A DNA stretch of 64,000 bases, filler included, from Rhizaria sp. SCN 62-66 (GCA_001724265.1; 3 parts of 3 records of this genome joined end to end with filler, not necessarily neighbours in it); one strand, 5' to 3'; counted from the whole stretch's first letter, positions 34,128-47,565 are shown. The notes: generated by a model from the letters alone, not told the origin. Program-made: numbers and translations.

Positions 34128-37100
34128 ATGTCTTTTTTAGTTGCAACAGCAGCTCCCAATCCAACGCCCCCACGACGGCTGCTGCTCCTCCTGCTGCTTT
34201 CTCTCCTTTCCTCCTCCTCCATCTGCCTCGCTGCCGCCCCCGACGTCGCCACCGAGCCCGCCACTGCGCCCCCGTCGGCGCGCGCGTCCCCCGCGGCGCC
34301 CTGGTCCCCACCCGCGGACCCCGCGCTCTGGGGCACTGCGCTCGGCCGGCGCCTCGCTCTGCACGCCGCCTCGGCCATCTCGCACAGCGCAGTCTACTCA
34401 TACGCCGACTCGCCGAGCCCGCTGCTGGGACTCGTGGCGCCCGGGCTGCGCACCGCGCGCGCGCGCATCGGGCCCGCGTTCACGGGCTACTTGGACGACA
34501 ATGAGGCGCGACAGGACACCGACCCCGACCCCGACACCGACGCTGACTTTGGCGCTGACGCTGGCAATGGCAATGACTGCGACGTTAATAATGCGTCGCC
34601 GCGGTCGCAGCCGTGCTCCAAGTCGCAATCCCAGTCGCAGAGGCCGCCACTGCCGCCATCCCACACGCGCACGGCGACGCTGTTCCCCAAAAGCACAGGC
34701 GCTGACTCGAGCCCGAGCGTCAGCGCGAGCCCGGACTACACCGCCAGTGACGACATCGACAACGACAACGCCTCCAATGACGGCAGCAACAACAGCAACA
34801 ACCATGACAGTACACTTCCTGCTGCGAGGAGTCCGGGAAGTAATCCTTTTCGTCCGACGCTGAGCCGCCGCGAGCGCCTGGCTTCGTCCCGCGCGCGCGC
34901 GCTGCTGCTGCTGCGGCGCTCCTACGGGGCCTACGCGCGCCACGCGCTGCCGTTCGACGAGCTACGGCCGCTGACGGCATCGCGCGCTAACAATCTGATT
35001 GAGCTGGGCGGACCCGGCCCGCGCCAGTCGGCCGCGGCCGCGTATCCCGGGCTGGCGCTCACGCTGGTTGACGCGCTGTCGACGCTGGCGGTGGCAGGCG
35101 CCTGGGGAGAGGTCTCCACCGCCGCGCGCTGGCTCGACCGCTGGGTTGGCACGGGCGCGGGCGTGTACTGGGGCGGCGACGACGCCAACAGGACCAGGGC
35201 TCTCCGTGTCAGGTCCAAGACCAGCGACCGTGACAGTGTCAATGACGACATCAGTGACAACGCTCAGTATGACGACGATGATGATGGTGATGTTGTTGAC
35301 TATGATGAGGAGGAAGGCTACTGTCTTGATCTCCTGGATGATGCTACTCTCGGTGACAGTCGCAGCGGGCACCGTATCAGTGATGATGAGGCTTCTTTGT
35401 GCGGTTTTGAGGCCTAGATCCGCGCTGCTGAACGCGCAAAGATCGGGAAGTTAAGCCGCCGCGATATGAAGGTAGGCCGCATCTACGCAGCACTCGCAGC
35501 GTCACAGTCCGGCCGCGCCGACAACTCCTCGGTCGACGACCTATCCTCGAAGTTAAGCCGGCTCTCGGGCTACTCCGGCCCGCTGTACAGCGCGGCCGCA
35601 CTCGAGTCCCTGCTGCATACCGTGCCGGCGACGCACGCGGCGACCTTTGCGGCTGCGGCGGAGGCGGCGGCCAAGGACGCCGAGGCTGAGGCTACGGCTG
35701 CCGTCTCGGCTGCAAGTGCGAATGCTAACACTGGCGCTGCCAGTGAGAGTGGAGACACGAAGTGCGGCCAGTACGGCCCCAGCACTCCGCAGTTACAGCC
35801 GCACCCGCAGTCCCGCTCGGGAGCAAAGAGCGGCCGTGACAGCGCCGCCGCCGGCGCCAGCGACGAGGGCGCTAAGGCTGCTGCTGCCGTTGCCGCCGCC
35901 GTCGCCGCCGCTAAGCGTGCCCGCACCCTGGCCACTGCGGCCGCGGCTGACGTTGTGCCTATTGCGGTGCTGGCGCCGGTGACCGTCGCCCGTCGCGCGC
36001 GGCAACAGCAGCAGCGCGAGCAGGTGGTGCCGCTGTCGGAGCGGCGGCGCGCCGCGGAGAAGAAGAAGAAGACTGCTGCGAGCTATTCGGAAAGCGACAT
36101 GAGTGCGATCCCGGTTACCAAGTGGGGCGTTGACGCGCTGTTTACGGCCGGCGCGCACGGCCACTCGTTCTCGCCGCTCTACGACATCCCCACGCATTTG
36201 GACAGGCACAACAAGGACTCTTACACTGTCCACACGCAGTCTCACTCTGCTTCTGTGCCGAACGGCGGCAGTGTTCTATACCGCAACCGCGGCTCGTTCG
36301 ACGTCGACGCGCGCGTGAACGTGTTCGAGGCCAACATCAGGCTGCTCGGCGGCTTAATTTCCGGACACGAGCTCCTCGACCACTGGCAGCGCGAGAACAG
36401 CTTCGTCATCACCAAGCTAGTCGCTACTAAAACGAGGAAGACAAAGACATCTCAGAGCGCGAGTGCAGATGTCGACGACAGTTCGGCTGCGCCGACCGTG
36501 ACCGTGGCCGCGAGCGAGCCCGCTGTGGCGTACGATGGCAGTCTGCTGCGGCTGGCGGGCGACCTGGGCGACCGCCTGCTGCGGACCTTCGACTTGTACC
36601 AGCACCACGCTCGCAACGATACACACCCCACGGGGCCAAACGCCAGTAACAAGGGCGACGCCAAGAGTAGCGAGAGCGCCGGCGCTTTGAGCACCGTCGC
36701 GCTGATCGACAGCGTTGTCACCAGTGTCGGTGACGTCATGCAGCGAAACTACATCAAATCCCTCCTTAGCCGCTTGCGCGCCGAGTCTGCTTCGCTAGCT
36801 AACGCGTCTGCAACCGCCGCAGCTGCGGCTGAGACCTCCGAGGACCAGGCACGGCTGAAGCAACAGCTGCAGCAGCTGCGGCAGTTTACCCCTCCGGCGC
36901 CGCACACCGTGTTCCCTTTCCCCGCGCGCTCTCGCTCCGCGACGGGCACCGTCACGCCGCCTTTATCGCCGCTGCGGCACCAGACACACCCCTCCGCGCT
37001 CCCCGCCACTGCAGCAACGACGGCGACGGCCAAGAGCCAGTCTTCGACTGCATCAGAGGTCACCGCCGAGAAGGAGAAGACCTCTCGCTCTCGCTCTCGC

Positions 37101-40100
37101 TCCCAAAAGTCCCAGTCGCAGTCTGCGCCGGCGCCGCCGTCCCCCTCGTGGCTGCCGTCGGCCTGGGTGTCTCTGCGCCACGGCCGCGGCCCGCGCGAGA
37201 CGCCCGAGACGTGTCTGGCGGGCGCGGGCACGCTCGCGCTTGAGTTCGGCGCGCTGTCGGCGCTCTCTGGCGACGCCACTTACTTAGAGGCCGCCGACGC
37301 CGCCACGCGCCAGATGCTCTCGCTGCGCTCCGCGCTGGGGTTGCTCGGCAACGGCATTGACAAGGCGCGCGGCGCGTGGCAGACCGGCGGCGGCGCCGTG
37401 CTGGCGGGGATCGGCTCCGGCACCGACTCGTTCTACGAGTACCTGCTCAAGGCCTTCGTCGCGTTCGGCGACGCGCGCTACCTGGACATGTTCGAGAGCG
37501 CGTACTCGCCCGCGCTGCAGCACCTGCGGCGTGGGCCCTGGTACGTTGAGGCCGACGCCGCGACTGGCCGCGCGGTCCACTCGCAGTTCAATTCGCTCCA
37601 AGCTTTCTGGCCCGGCATGCAGAGTCTCTACGGCGACATCACCCCCGCTGTGGCCACTGCTGAAGCGTTCTTCGCGCTCTGGCAGCGCTTCGAGTCATTC
37701 CCCGAGCGGTATCTGCTGGACCAGCGGCAGGTGCACGGCAGCGAGCGTTATTACCCGCTGCGGCCCGAGCTGGCCGAGAGCCTGTACCATCTGCACCGCG
37801 CGACGCGCGAGCCGCGCTGGGCGGCCATGGGCGAGGTGCTGCTCGACAGCCTAGAGCGCTGGACGCGCGCTCCCGCGGGGTATGCGTCGCTGCGGGACGC
37901 GCCCGCCAAGGAGCGTGAGGACCAGCAGCCCTCGTACTTCCTCTCCGAGACGTGCAAGTACCTCTACCTGCTCTTCGATGACGCCGCCGCCGCCGCGCCG
38001 CCGCGGGCGCAGGCGCACGGCACGCAGAGCGGCAAGAGACTGCGCGGTAGTGGCTCCGGCGGCTGCGTTATGAGCGCGTCCCATAGGAGCGGTGCTGAGG
38101 TCTCAGAGTGCGATGCTCGTGCCGTAACGAAGGAGGGCGGCGTCACTAGCGTTTCGAGAAAGGCTTCTTGCGCTCGCGCAGAGGCCACTCACGCGAGAAA
38201 TGCCAGCGCTCCGTGGGCCCGCGTGAGCACCCCCGGCGGCCGCGTGACTGGCGCGGCGCTCGCGCACAGCGTCGACTGGCTCTACACGACGGAGGGCCAC
38301 CTGCTCCCGGTCAAGGCGCGGTGGCAGGGCTTCGCGCAGCGCCACGCCGAGAGCCGGCCCGGACTCAACCCCAGCGACGGCGACATCGACGGCGTCTACG
38401 ACAGCGTCGGCGACGGCGAAGGTGACGGTGACTCTGAGGCTGCGACATCTGCTGCAAGTGGGGCTAATCGCCGGAGCACGACGACGACGACGACGACGGT
38501 GGCGCTGGCGCTGGGGCTGACCGAGGCTGGACTGGGGGCGGTTCCCGAGGACCGCTGCCCCTCAGCACTGCTCACGACTGCCACGACGACAACGACGACG
38601 ACAACGACGGCGATGAGTCGGAAAACAAAGGCGGACGATAACACCGCTGCTCTTGTGTCTCGCGATATCTCGAGCGCGAGCTCGACTTCTAGCTCTAGCT
38701 CTAGCTCTCGCTCGCACACGGTCACGGTTCCCTTCGCGACCGAGCGCGCGCACCCGTTCCCGTGGGAAGGCCCGCCCTCGGTCGCGGCCCGCGCGCGCGC
38801 CTCGTCGCTGCGCTGCCCGCTGCCCGCGGCGCTGCTGCCGCCCTCGGTCGGCGCGCGCTCGCTCGAGGCCGTCCACGCCGCGACCGACACGGCTGCGGCA
38901 GACGCGGCCGCGGCGGCGGCGCTTGCGGCCGCGCTCCTCGCCACCATTCCCAGCGGCGGCAGCAGCGGCGGTGCTAGTGGCGGCGGCAACGCGGATAAGG
39001 TCGTTTTGGCCGCCGCTGCGGCCGCCGCGGCCGCCAAAGCGACCGCGCTGGCCGGCATTGCGCACACTCTCCCCCCGAGCGCGGCTGCGAGCGCGAGCGC
39101 GAGCCCGAGTGGCAACGGCCACGCGCTGAGGCACGGCGGGTTTGAGCTGCCTGGCAGCGAGGGCGAGCTCTCGCTGGCCGCGATGCTCTTCTGGTTCCGC
39201 GACCACACCGCGACCACGCTTGCCGCCACAAACACTAGTACTATTATCAGCAACAGCAGCGGCAGCAGCACTGATAACGACGACAGCGGTGCCGTCGTTG
39301 ACCAGCGCAGTGACGAGAACAGCGCGGAGCACAGCAACGCCGACGCCAGCGCTTTGCCCGCGTCTCGTGCGCCGACTGCGTCGCCGTTGCCACTGTCGCC
39401 TGCGCCAGTGATCTGGAACGGCGCAGAGGCCGCTGCAGCCGTTGAGGCAGCGTACTACGCCCTGATCCTGCGCTGCAGCCCTCCCGCGGACCGTGGCAAC
39501 GACAGTGACAGCCGTAGCGTTGTCAGCGCTGGAGCTAAAGCTGCTTCTAGCAAGTCGCCGCTCGCGCAGTCGCCCTCAGCCGCAGCTCCAGCGGCGGCGG
39601 CGGCGCTCAGCCCGGCGCCTCCCGCGGCGCCGGGCCCGCTAACCGAGTGGATGGCGCTGGCGCTGCTGCGCGCGCTGGCGCCTCGGCACGTGCGGCGCGC
39701 GTGGGCGCGCGGGCAGAACCCCAGCCCGGCGCTGCTGCGCAAGCATCAGCAGCTGCAGCAGCCGCAGCAGCCGCATCCGACGCGGGGCAAGAGCCGCCGC
39801 AGCCGCGGTCGCGGGAGCGGTGGCGGTGAGAGCGAGGGTGAGAGCGCGTCAGCTGTCGCGAGGGCGGGCGATATGCGCGATGCTGGTCTCGCGTCTGAGC
39901 TGGAGCTGTACCTCCAGTGTCCGCTCGACAGCTTCCGTGACCACTCGCACGCGAACGGCGCTAGCGCTGCCGAGGACGACAACGCCAAGAGCGGCGCGGC
40001 CGCCGCGCAGCGCAGCCACATCAGCAACGGCGGCCTGCCTCCGCTGCCGCCGCTGCCGGCGACCGCGGTCTCCGCCGTGCGCGCCGCGGCCGCTGAGACG

Positions 40101-43100
40101 GGCTTCATTGCGCCCTTTCCGCAGCGGCAGCAGCTCGCGGTGCGCATCGCCAGCGGCGCCCCCACTCCGCCCGCACCCGCGCCTGCGCCCGCGACTTCGC
40201 CCACGCCCGCGTCTGTGTCTGCGTCTGCGTCTGCTGCGAGCGCGTCGTCGAGCAGCAGCAGCAACAGCAATGTGGTGGCTGACCCCGACGCTGACTCCAG
40301 CTCTGCCGCTGCTGTTACTGTCAGCGCCGCGAGTCCCGATACCAGCGGCGACCTGGGCTACGGCACCACGGGCGGCTCCGTGGTCTCTTTGCTGGACCTG
40401 GGCACCGGCGAGGCGCTGCACGTCGCGGGCGTCAACGACCGGTTCCAGCTGCCACCCGCCGCGAGCATCAACGGCAATGGCAGCGGCGGCGGCGACTTAG
40501 AGTCGCAGTCTCAGTCAAAGCAGAGTGGGGACAACGAAGACGAGAGTAATGGTAGCAACAGTGGCGAGAAGTCTGTCCAGCTGGGCCCCTCTATCCCGCA
40601 CCCCACCATCGTCATCACCGCGGTCACCGTTCCCACGGCCACCGCGCTCGCGGCCGCTAGTTCTAGCTCTAGCTCTACTGCGAGCGATAGTGTGAGTGAC
40701 AGTGCGGTTGCGCCAGTGAGCGCTGCAGAGACTGCTTCGTGGTGCACGGTGCTGGCCACGAGCGCGCACCTGGCGTTCGGCGGCAGTGGGGCGCCCGTCG
40801 CCTCTGCAGCAAGCGCAAACGCCGCTGCCGCAGCGACCACGGTCACAGCCTCGGCGACAGCAACATCTGCTGCTGCTCAAGCGCGCACCACAGCGTCCGC
40901 CGGCGGCTTGACTTTGCGCTACACCCCCGAGGAGGTGAACGCTGCGGCCGCTGTGGCGTCCGCGGCTGCCGCGGCGGCGGCACTGGCGGAGGCTGCTGCG
41001 GAGGCTGCGGAGGCCGCGGCATCGGCGTCCGAGCAGGTTGCTGCGATGGCGATGCTCTCGTATCACGAGGCCCAGGCCGAGGCTGACGCTGAGGCTGAGG
41101 CGGAGGCTGCGGCAGTAGCTTCGACACTGGCAGCGGCAAAGCGAGGTGTTAGCAGCGACACCGAATATGCTAACGTTGTCGACGACAGCGCTGCCGACGC
41201 CGCCGACGCTGCCTACGCCGCCGCGATTGCCGACCGCGCTACCGACGACGACGGCGACGACGACATCGCGACCGAAAGCGAGGCCGTCAGCGGCGAGTGG
41301 GCGATGCGCCGTCTCACGGGGCTCTTCCTCCTCACCGCCGCTGAGCCGCACCCCGCCACGACTGCGGCGGCGACAAAAGCAGCAGCGGCAGCCGCGGCAG
41401 CGGCAGCGGCGGGAGAGGGTGATGACGCCGACTCAGCAGAATCCAGCGGCCCCGGCCCAGCGGCAGCGGGCGCCAGCGCCGTGTGCAGCGTGCGCAAGGT
41501 CCAGGCCGCGGCCGCGCTGTCCGTGGCCGCGGCGCACAGCCGGTCCCAGTGCCCGGTCCCCGCCGCGCTGGCCGCCGCGCTGGCGGCGCCCGCGCCCTCG
41601 GTGGCCGACGCCGCCGCGTCGCTGCTGCGCGGCGGGGGGCTGAGCGTCCCCCTGGACGGCGAGGCGCGCAGCCGGAGCGTGGCGGTGTCGCTGACGCTGC
41701 TGCTGACGACGCTCGAGACGGCGGCGGGCGCGCTTGCGGCGCTGTCGCAATACTCGCGCGCGCAGCTGCAGGCCGCGGTGCCGCAGTCGCAACAGGCCGA
41801 CGCGCACCTGCTCGCGCTCTCGCGCGGCGGGTTGGGGCTCACGGGCGCACAGTCGTTCCTGCTCTCGGCGTACGCGCAGTCGCACTTAAACACGCTCTTG
41901 GATCCTTCTCTGCACTCGCAGTCAGTTGACACGGATACCGCGCTTACTGCCGCCGAATCTGACTCCGGTTCCGACTCTGGCTCCTCCTTTGACTCGGACT
42001 CCGCCGCCTCTGCTTCTGCATCAGCGTCTGCGTCGGTGTCGCTGGCCCGGTCCGGGCTGTCTCGGCTGCTGTCGCTGCACTCGGAGCTGGCCAGACTCGC
42101 CGGCCTCGTCGACCCCACGGTGGCGACCATCACGCTCACCGTCCCGCCCCCCCTGGGTCTGCGCGCCGCGCTCAAGGCGACCGCGGAGAGGGACTCCGCT
42201 GCCGCGACCGCCGCTGCTGCTGTTGACAAGATTCGCGACTCAAGCAATGCTGTGACCGCCACGGCGAGTCCTGCCGCTGATGCCGTCGCCGCTGCTGCTG
42301 CTGCTGCCGCCGCTGCGACCCAGAGCTCCCGCCGCGTGAGTTTGTCCGACCGCGCCCGGCGCGCCAAGGCTGCTGCCGCTGTGGCCGCCGCGTCCGCCTC
42401 AAGCGCCGCCGTGCGCGCTGCTGACGCCGCGGCCGCGGCCACCGAGGCCACCGCCGCGCTCACCGCGGCGCGCGCCGAGTACCAGAGGCGGCTTAAGTTA
42501 GAGCAGAGGCTGGACCCGGCTGTGGCGAGTGCCAGTGCGGGCGATAGCGGCGCCGATGCTGCCGAGAGCGCTAGCGACGAGAGCAGTGAGTCTGGCGAAG
42601 TCGTCGTGCTGAACCGTATCATCAGCACGCTTGACGCTGCTGTCGCTCACGCGCACTCACTCTCACGGCACGACGCTAACAGCGCTGCCACTGCTGCGGC
42701 GAGCTCTGCGAGTGTTCTTGCTTTGTTCCGCGCGCCGCCGCCCCCGCGCGCGCTGCCTGTGCCCGCGACGCGGGCCCCCGCGCCCTTCACGGCTGCGACC
42801 GCGCTGTCGGTTACGCTCCCGCGCTGTCCCGCGCTACGGCTGCCGCTGGTGCCCGCCGCGCTGGGCGCGCCGCTACCGCGCGCAAGCGGGCCCGCGGCCG
42901 CCGTGCTGCGCCGCCGCGGCGCCGCTGCGGCCGCCGTCGCCGCAGCCGCCAACGCTGCCGCTGCGCTCGGTGTGGTGAGTGCTGCCGGTGCGAGTCCTGT
43001 TGTGGGGCCGGCGGAGGCTGCGTTCGCTGTAGCGTCTGCGTCCCCGTCGGCTGAGTATCTGCTGACACCGCGCGCTTTTCGTGCGGGCGGCAAGTACTTA

Positions 43101-45119
43101 GATTGGGTTGCGAAGGGCGCTCCCGATGGCAACTCCGAGGATGGTTGGTGGGTCCGCAACAGTAACTACTGGCGCAGTATCTTTGACACCGCTGACAGCG
43201 CCAGCGCCAGCGATGGTAGCGACAGAGACGATAACAACGACAGGAGTGTTGACGAAGCTCTCTGGGTTACGGCTTCCAAGACGAGCACGAAGACGAAGAG
43301 TAATGGCAAGAGCAAGAGCGACCCCGACTCAAACCTAAACGACGATGCCGCAGAGTCTGACACTGAGCTCTTCTTCGGTGCCCTTAGCGGCCGCATTGTC
43401 GTTGCTTCGCCGCCCTTTGCCTGCACCGACCCGACCTCCGCCGCCGACTCGCGCTCTGACTCAGTTCCAGAGTCCGCACCCGACGCAGAGTCACTGCTGC
43501 CGCCGTGGCAGGACGCCGTCGTGGTGGCGCTGCGCGGAAACTGCCCCTTCACTCAAAAGGCCCGCATCGCGGCCAAGGCCGGTGCGCGCGCTCTCGTGCT
43601 TATTAATCTGCCTCCTTCCACGCTCGGCACGAGCTCGAACGCGAACAGTGGGGCTGGCGGTGCTGTTAGCGGCGCGAACGCTGCTGAGGCCATGCTTGCC
43701 GTGCTCGCCGCCGCGGCCGCAGCCGCAGCACCGGCGACCGCGGGCGCGGCCGACACGCCGAACGCGATGAAGGCCGCTCTGGCCACGTCCGCCGTGACCG
43801 CGGGCGCGCGGTGGGAGCCGATGGCGGGCCGGCGCGGCGCGTTCCAGGGCTCCGGGCTGCAGTCGCACGCTCCGGGCGCCAGCCGCGAGCCCGCCGTTGC
43901 GGTCGCCATGACCGGGCTTGACGAGGGCGCCGCGCTGCTGCGCTGTCTCGTCACCTCGGCGCCGCACCCCGACTCGGACGCTAGCGCTAAGAGTGGGTCT
44001 GCGCACAGCGACGGCGCTAAGAGTGCTGCTTCCGCCGCTGCGGTTGCTGCCAGCAACACTGAACAAGCTGCGACGCCCGCTTCTGAAGCCGCGCGCGCAC
44101 GACTACTCGCGCTCACTGCTGCGGCTGCGCTTGCGATGGACGAGTCGCTGTCTTACACCGCTCCGCTGCGGGCTCGCGCGCGCTCTCTTTTCGCACTTGC
44201 GGCCTCTGCAGGACCCGCTGCGCTGCCGCTGAGGCCCGCCGCTGAGCTTCTTGACGGCGCGCGCTCTCATTACGCACTCACTCACTCTGCGCACGCTCAC
44301 GGTTACGGTAACTCGGCAGCGCAGGCATTTGTCGAGGTGACCGTGACCACGGCGCCGACGGCCGCCGCGGCTTCGCTGCGCGTGAGCCGCCGCAAGGCCG
44401 CCGCGCGCGTCGCCGCCGCCGCTGTAACGGCTGCTGCCGCGACAGCTTCTGTCTCGGCCGCGGCCGCGGCTGCGGAGGGCGGTGTCGCAGCAGTGGCGGT
44501 CGCACTGCGGCCGGCAGCTGCGACTGCCGCTGCGGCCGTTGGTGGCGTCGTTTTCCCAGCACCGGCGTCGGCAGCGTTTGCTCCACAGCTTGCCGCGAGC
44601 GAGGTCGCTGCGTTCATGCGAACGTCCTACAGCAGCGGCAGCAGCAGCGACAGTGTCAGTGACGCAAAGACTGCGAAGACGAAGAACACGGCTTCTTCTG
44701 GCTCCAGCACTAGCGCTAGCAACCGCGCAGACAAACCCTCTCGTACCGGCGTGAGCGCGAGTGTTGACGCAGCGCTCGCGTGGGGGCTCCTGGTCTCCGC
44801 ATCGCCCGCTTCGCTCACTGCCAGTGCCACCTCGCCTATCACCACAGAGAGCAACGCGCGCGCTCCAAAGTTGACTGCACACTCTTATCTCAAGCCCGCG
44901 TCAGTGCTGCTGCCGTCGGAGACGCAGAGTGCCGCTGCCGCTGCGTCTGCTGCTGCGGCTGTTTGGGCCAGCGGCAGCGAGGGCGAGCGGCGCGCACGTG
45001 CTCTGACGCACTCAGCTGCGGCAGGCGCGACTGAGGCCTTTGTGGCCACAAGTAGCGATGACGTGGCTCTTGCAGTGACATTCACGGATCGCGGGCTTAT
45101 GCAAGTCTCGCTGCTCTAA
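34128..45119 (+). CDS. EDEM3-like GH47 alpha-1,2-mannosidase with PA domain, ~3663 aa, one in-frame TAG (35415)
   Basis: N-terminal signal-like hydrophobic stretch. GH47 motifs before the TAG: YARHALPFDELRPLT, LTLVDALSTLAV. After it: VNVFEANIRLLGGLISGH, TCLAGAGTLALEFG, GIGSGTDSFYEYLLK, YPLRPELAES, SYFLSETCKYLYLLF, TTEGH. PA domain motif RGNCPFTQKARIAAKAGARALVLIN. Stop is TAA. Confidence 0.88.
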
Positions 45120-45565
45120 GTGAGTGAAACAACGGAGCAAAGAATGATGTGTACTTTTGACGTTACACTCACTATTCTTGTTCGAACGTTGTGCGTACAT
45201 TTGTATAGCATGTTTATATAGTGTGAATTTTATTTCTATTTCGAATTTTGTACACTTATCTTCTCTTAATACATGTCCAATGACTTATTCACCGGTCATA
45301 TTTTGTATTCAGTGTTCTTAACTACTATTCGAGCTATCTATGCGTTGTGTCTGCTGTTTTCATAAACTAACAACAGTGGCCCGATATCGACAAGTACTGC
45401 ATTTACAAATTTAGATAATCTGCAGATGCGTGAAAAAAGCATAATGATTTCAAAACTATTCATTTATATCAAGAACAAAGCGTCCACAAGCGATATGAGT
45501 GCTTTTAATTGTCACTCCCCATCCCTCATTTGTACATTGTCTTTCACATAAGGCTGTTGATTCCT

Positions 45566-46690
45566 TCAAAGGAAGCCCTTGGGGTTGAGTGGGACAGGCG
45601 CGCCCCCCGCGGCGGGCGGCAGTGCGTGGTGCAGCGCGTCGCCGACGACGTACACGTCCTCGCCCTCAAGCACCAGCGGGTGCACGAGCGCGCACTGCGC
45701 GTTGACCGCGGAGCGCACGTGCGTGAGCAGCGCCTCCACGGCGGCGTACTCGCCCTGCACGCGCAACCCCAGCCACTGGTCAAGCTTGGCCCAGAGTTGC
45801 GACTCGGCGTACCCGACCACGGCGCGTACCTCATCGCTGCAGACCGAGACGAGGACGCCCACGCGGCGGCGGAACAGCGCGTTCTCGCGCGCGATGATCG
45901 TCTGCAGCTGCTGGTCGTGCGCAGAAAGCACGGGGTCGTTCGCCTCCGCGGCGGCCGCGGCGGCCGCGGCCGCGGCAGCTGCAGCGGCGGCCACCGCAGC
46001 GGGGCCCTTGCCCGCAGGCACAGCCGCGGCGCCGCCGTCGGACGCTGAGCCGGGCTTGCCGCCGCTGCTGCTGCCGCTGACGGCGCTGCCGCCGCTGCTG
46101 CCGGACTTGCCCGCGGCGCCCTTCTTAGCCTTAGGGTCGACGGCGACGGGCCCGCTGCGCACGAGCGCGGACACGTCCGCGGGCGCGGCCAGGTGGCCCA
46201 GAGCGAAGGCCAGCGTCTCGGCCAGCACGCCGTTGACGGCCGCAAGCGTGGCGGCTGGCAGCGCGGAGCCGGCGAGCGACTGGCCCGCCAGCACCGCCGC
46301 CGTGCGCGCGAGCTTCACGTCGCCGCTGCCGGCGCCCTTGCCACCGCCCGCGCTCCCGCTCGCGCCCGCGCCGGAGCCAGAGACGGAGCCGGCGCCGGCG
46401 CCCGTGAGGCCGCCGCGCTTGCCGCCGGCCGCGCCGGAGGCAGAGGAGAAGGAGGCGGTGGGCGAGCCCGAGCCGGCGGCGGCGGCGTTGGCCGCGGCCA
46501 ACGCGGCAGGGCTGGTGTAGCCCGCCGTGGCCGCCGCGCCGCCCAGCGCGGCCTCAGCGCCCGCCTGACCAGCCATTGACAGCAGCTGCGCAAACTGGCG
46601 TACAGCAGTGCGCGCGCCCGCGGCGGCGGCGGCCGCGGCAGCGGCGGCGGCGGTAGAGCCCGCGGCGCCCGCAGCGCCGGCCAGGCCGCC
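45566..46690 (-). CDS. SPEF2/CPC1-like flagellar central-pair protein, 5'-truncated at contig end
   Basis: Open to the contig edge. ENALFRRRV...KLDQWLGLRVQGEYAAVEALL...LVLEGEDVYV...PP resembles the distal SPEF2 region from memory. Stop is TGA. Confidence 0.55.
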   Translation of the reverse strand, partial: GGLAGAAGAAGSTAAAAAAAAAAAGARTAVRQFAQLLSMAGQAGAEAALGGAAATAGYTSPAALAAANAAAAGSGSPTASFSSASGAAGGKRGGLTGAGAGSVSGSGAGASGSAGGGKGAGSGDVKLARTAAVLAGQSLAGSALPAATLAAVNGVLAETLAFALGHLAAPADVSALVRSGPVAVDPKAKKGAAGKSGSSGGSAVSGSSSGGKPGSASDGGAAAVPAGKGPAAVAAAAAAAAAAAAAAAEANDPVLSAHDQQLQTIIARENALFRRRVGVLVSVCSDEVRAVVGYAESQLWAKLDQWLGLRVQGEYAAVEALLTHVRSAVNAQCALVHPLVLEGEDVYVVGDALHHALPPAAGGAPVPLNPKGFL

Positions 46691-46790
46691 NNNNNNNNNN
46701 NNNNNNNNNNNNNNNNNNNNNNNNNNNNNNNNNNTTAATTAATTAANNNNNNNNNNNNNNNNNNNNNNNNNNNNNNNNNNNNNNNNNNNN
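46691..46790. other. Artificial contig-joining linker
   Basis: Same N44-TTAATTAATTAA-N44 structure as the first linker. Confidence 0.97.
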
Positions 46791-46980
46791 GCTTCATCAT
46801 CGAGGAGCTCAAAAATGACATTTTGTCAACTTCTACCAGCACAACCAGAAGTTCATTGCTAAGGCAGCTGCAGGGGAGGATATTTTCAATGAGTACAGTC
46901 GGTCGCTGCACAAGCACTTGCAGCTGGTGTCAGCGGCAATTGACAAAGCCAAGGCAAAGCAGGCAGAAAACAGTAAGTAA
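46791..46980 (+). pseudogene. Possible 3' coding fragment with an apparent frameshift
   Basis: FIIEELKNDI lies in one frame and VNFYQHNQKFIAKAAAGEDIFNEYSRSLHKHLQLVSAAIDKAKAKQAENSK-TAA (46825-46980) in another, meeting at a T4 run. No family recognised. Confidence 0.25.
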
Positions 46981-47565
46981 AGACTACCACGTACTAATCG
47001 AGTTTTTTTAAGGCCGATAATTGATAATCAAATATATAATTCACATATTCATGTAGTCTAGCAAATTTCATCAATAAATATATATGTATCAATCCAATTG
47101 TACTACAAAATCAATTTCCACCGCAAATTTGCTTGGTCAACTACGGATATTTTAGCCACAGCTACGGATATTTTTGCCCGCAGTAGTAGTACCTTGTTGC
47201 GCGTCTTGAGATGTTACAATCAGCAATGATGAATGGCTGTCACTTCTGCTGTCACATATTGATACGTTGTACATATTAATATATGTACTATTAATATTAA
47301 AATACTAGTACGTACGAGTACTAGTAGAGGACTAAAAGCGGTACTGTACTAAGTACACTAAAAGTAGTAGTATTTACAAAAAGTGTAGAGCTCCGTAACA
47401 CGACATGCAAATTCAGAAAGCAACAAACAATGACTTAATTGAAGTGCAGGAGTTTGATGAGGGATGGGTGAGTGGGTGGGTGGGGAGGCAAAAGTAAATT
47501 TGCTTTGCAGAGCGCAGCTGCGGAAAGCGGAAAAATAAGTAAGACAGGGACGCACAGAGCCGAGC

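Noticed and set aside
13466-45119. TAG-containing genes of contigs 1-2 as ordinary pseudogenes
   Set aside because: They have no frameshifts or TAA/TGA interruptions, and the GH47 motifs are intact. Disfavoured rather than formally excluded.
415-45119. Functional ER/secretory gene cluster (ALG3, SHP-box protein, COG6, EDEM)
   Set aside because: The genes lie on different contigs and are interspersed with unrelated genes.
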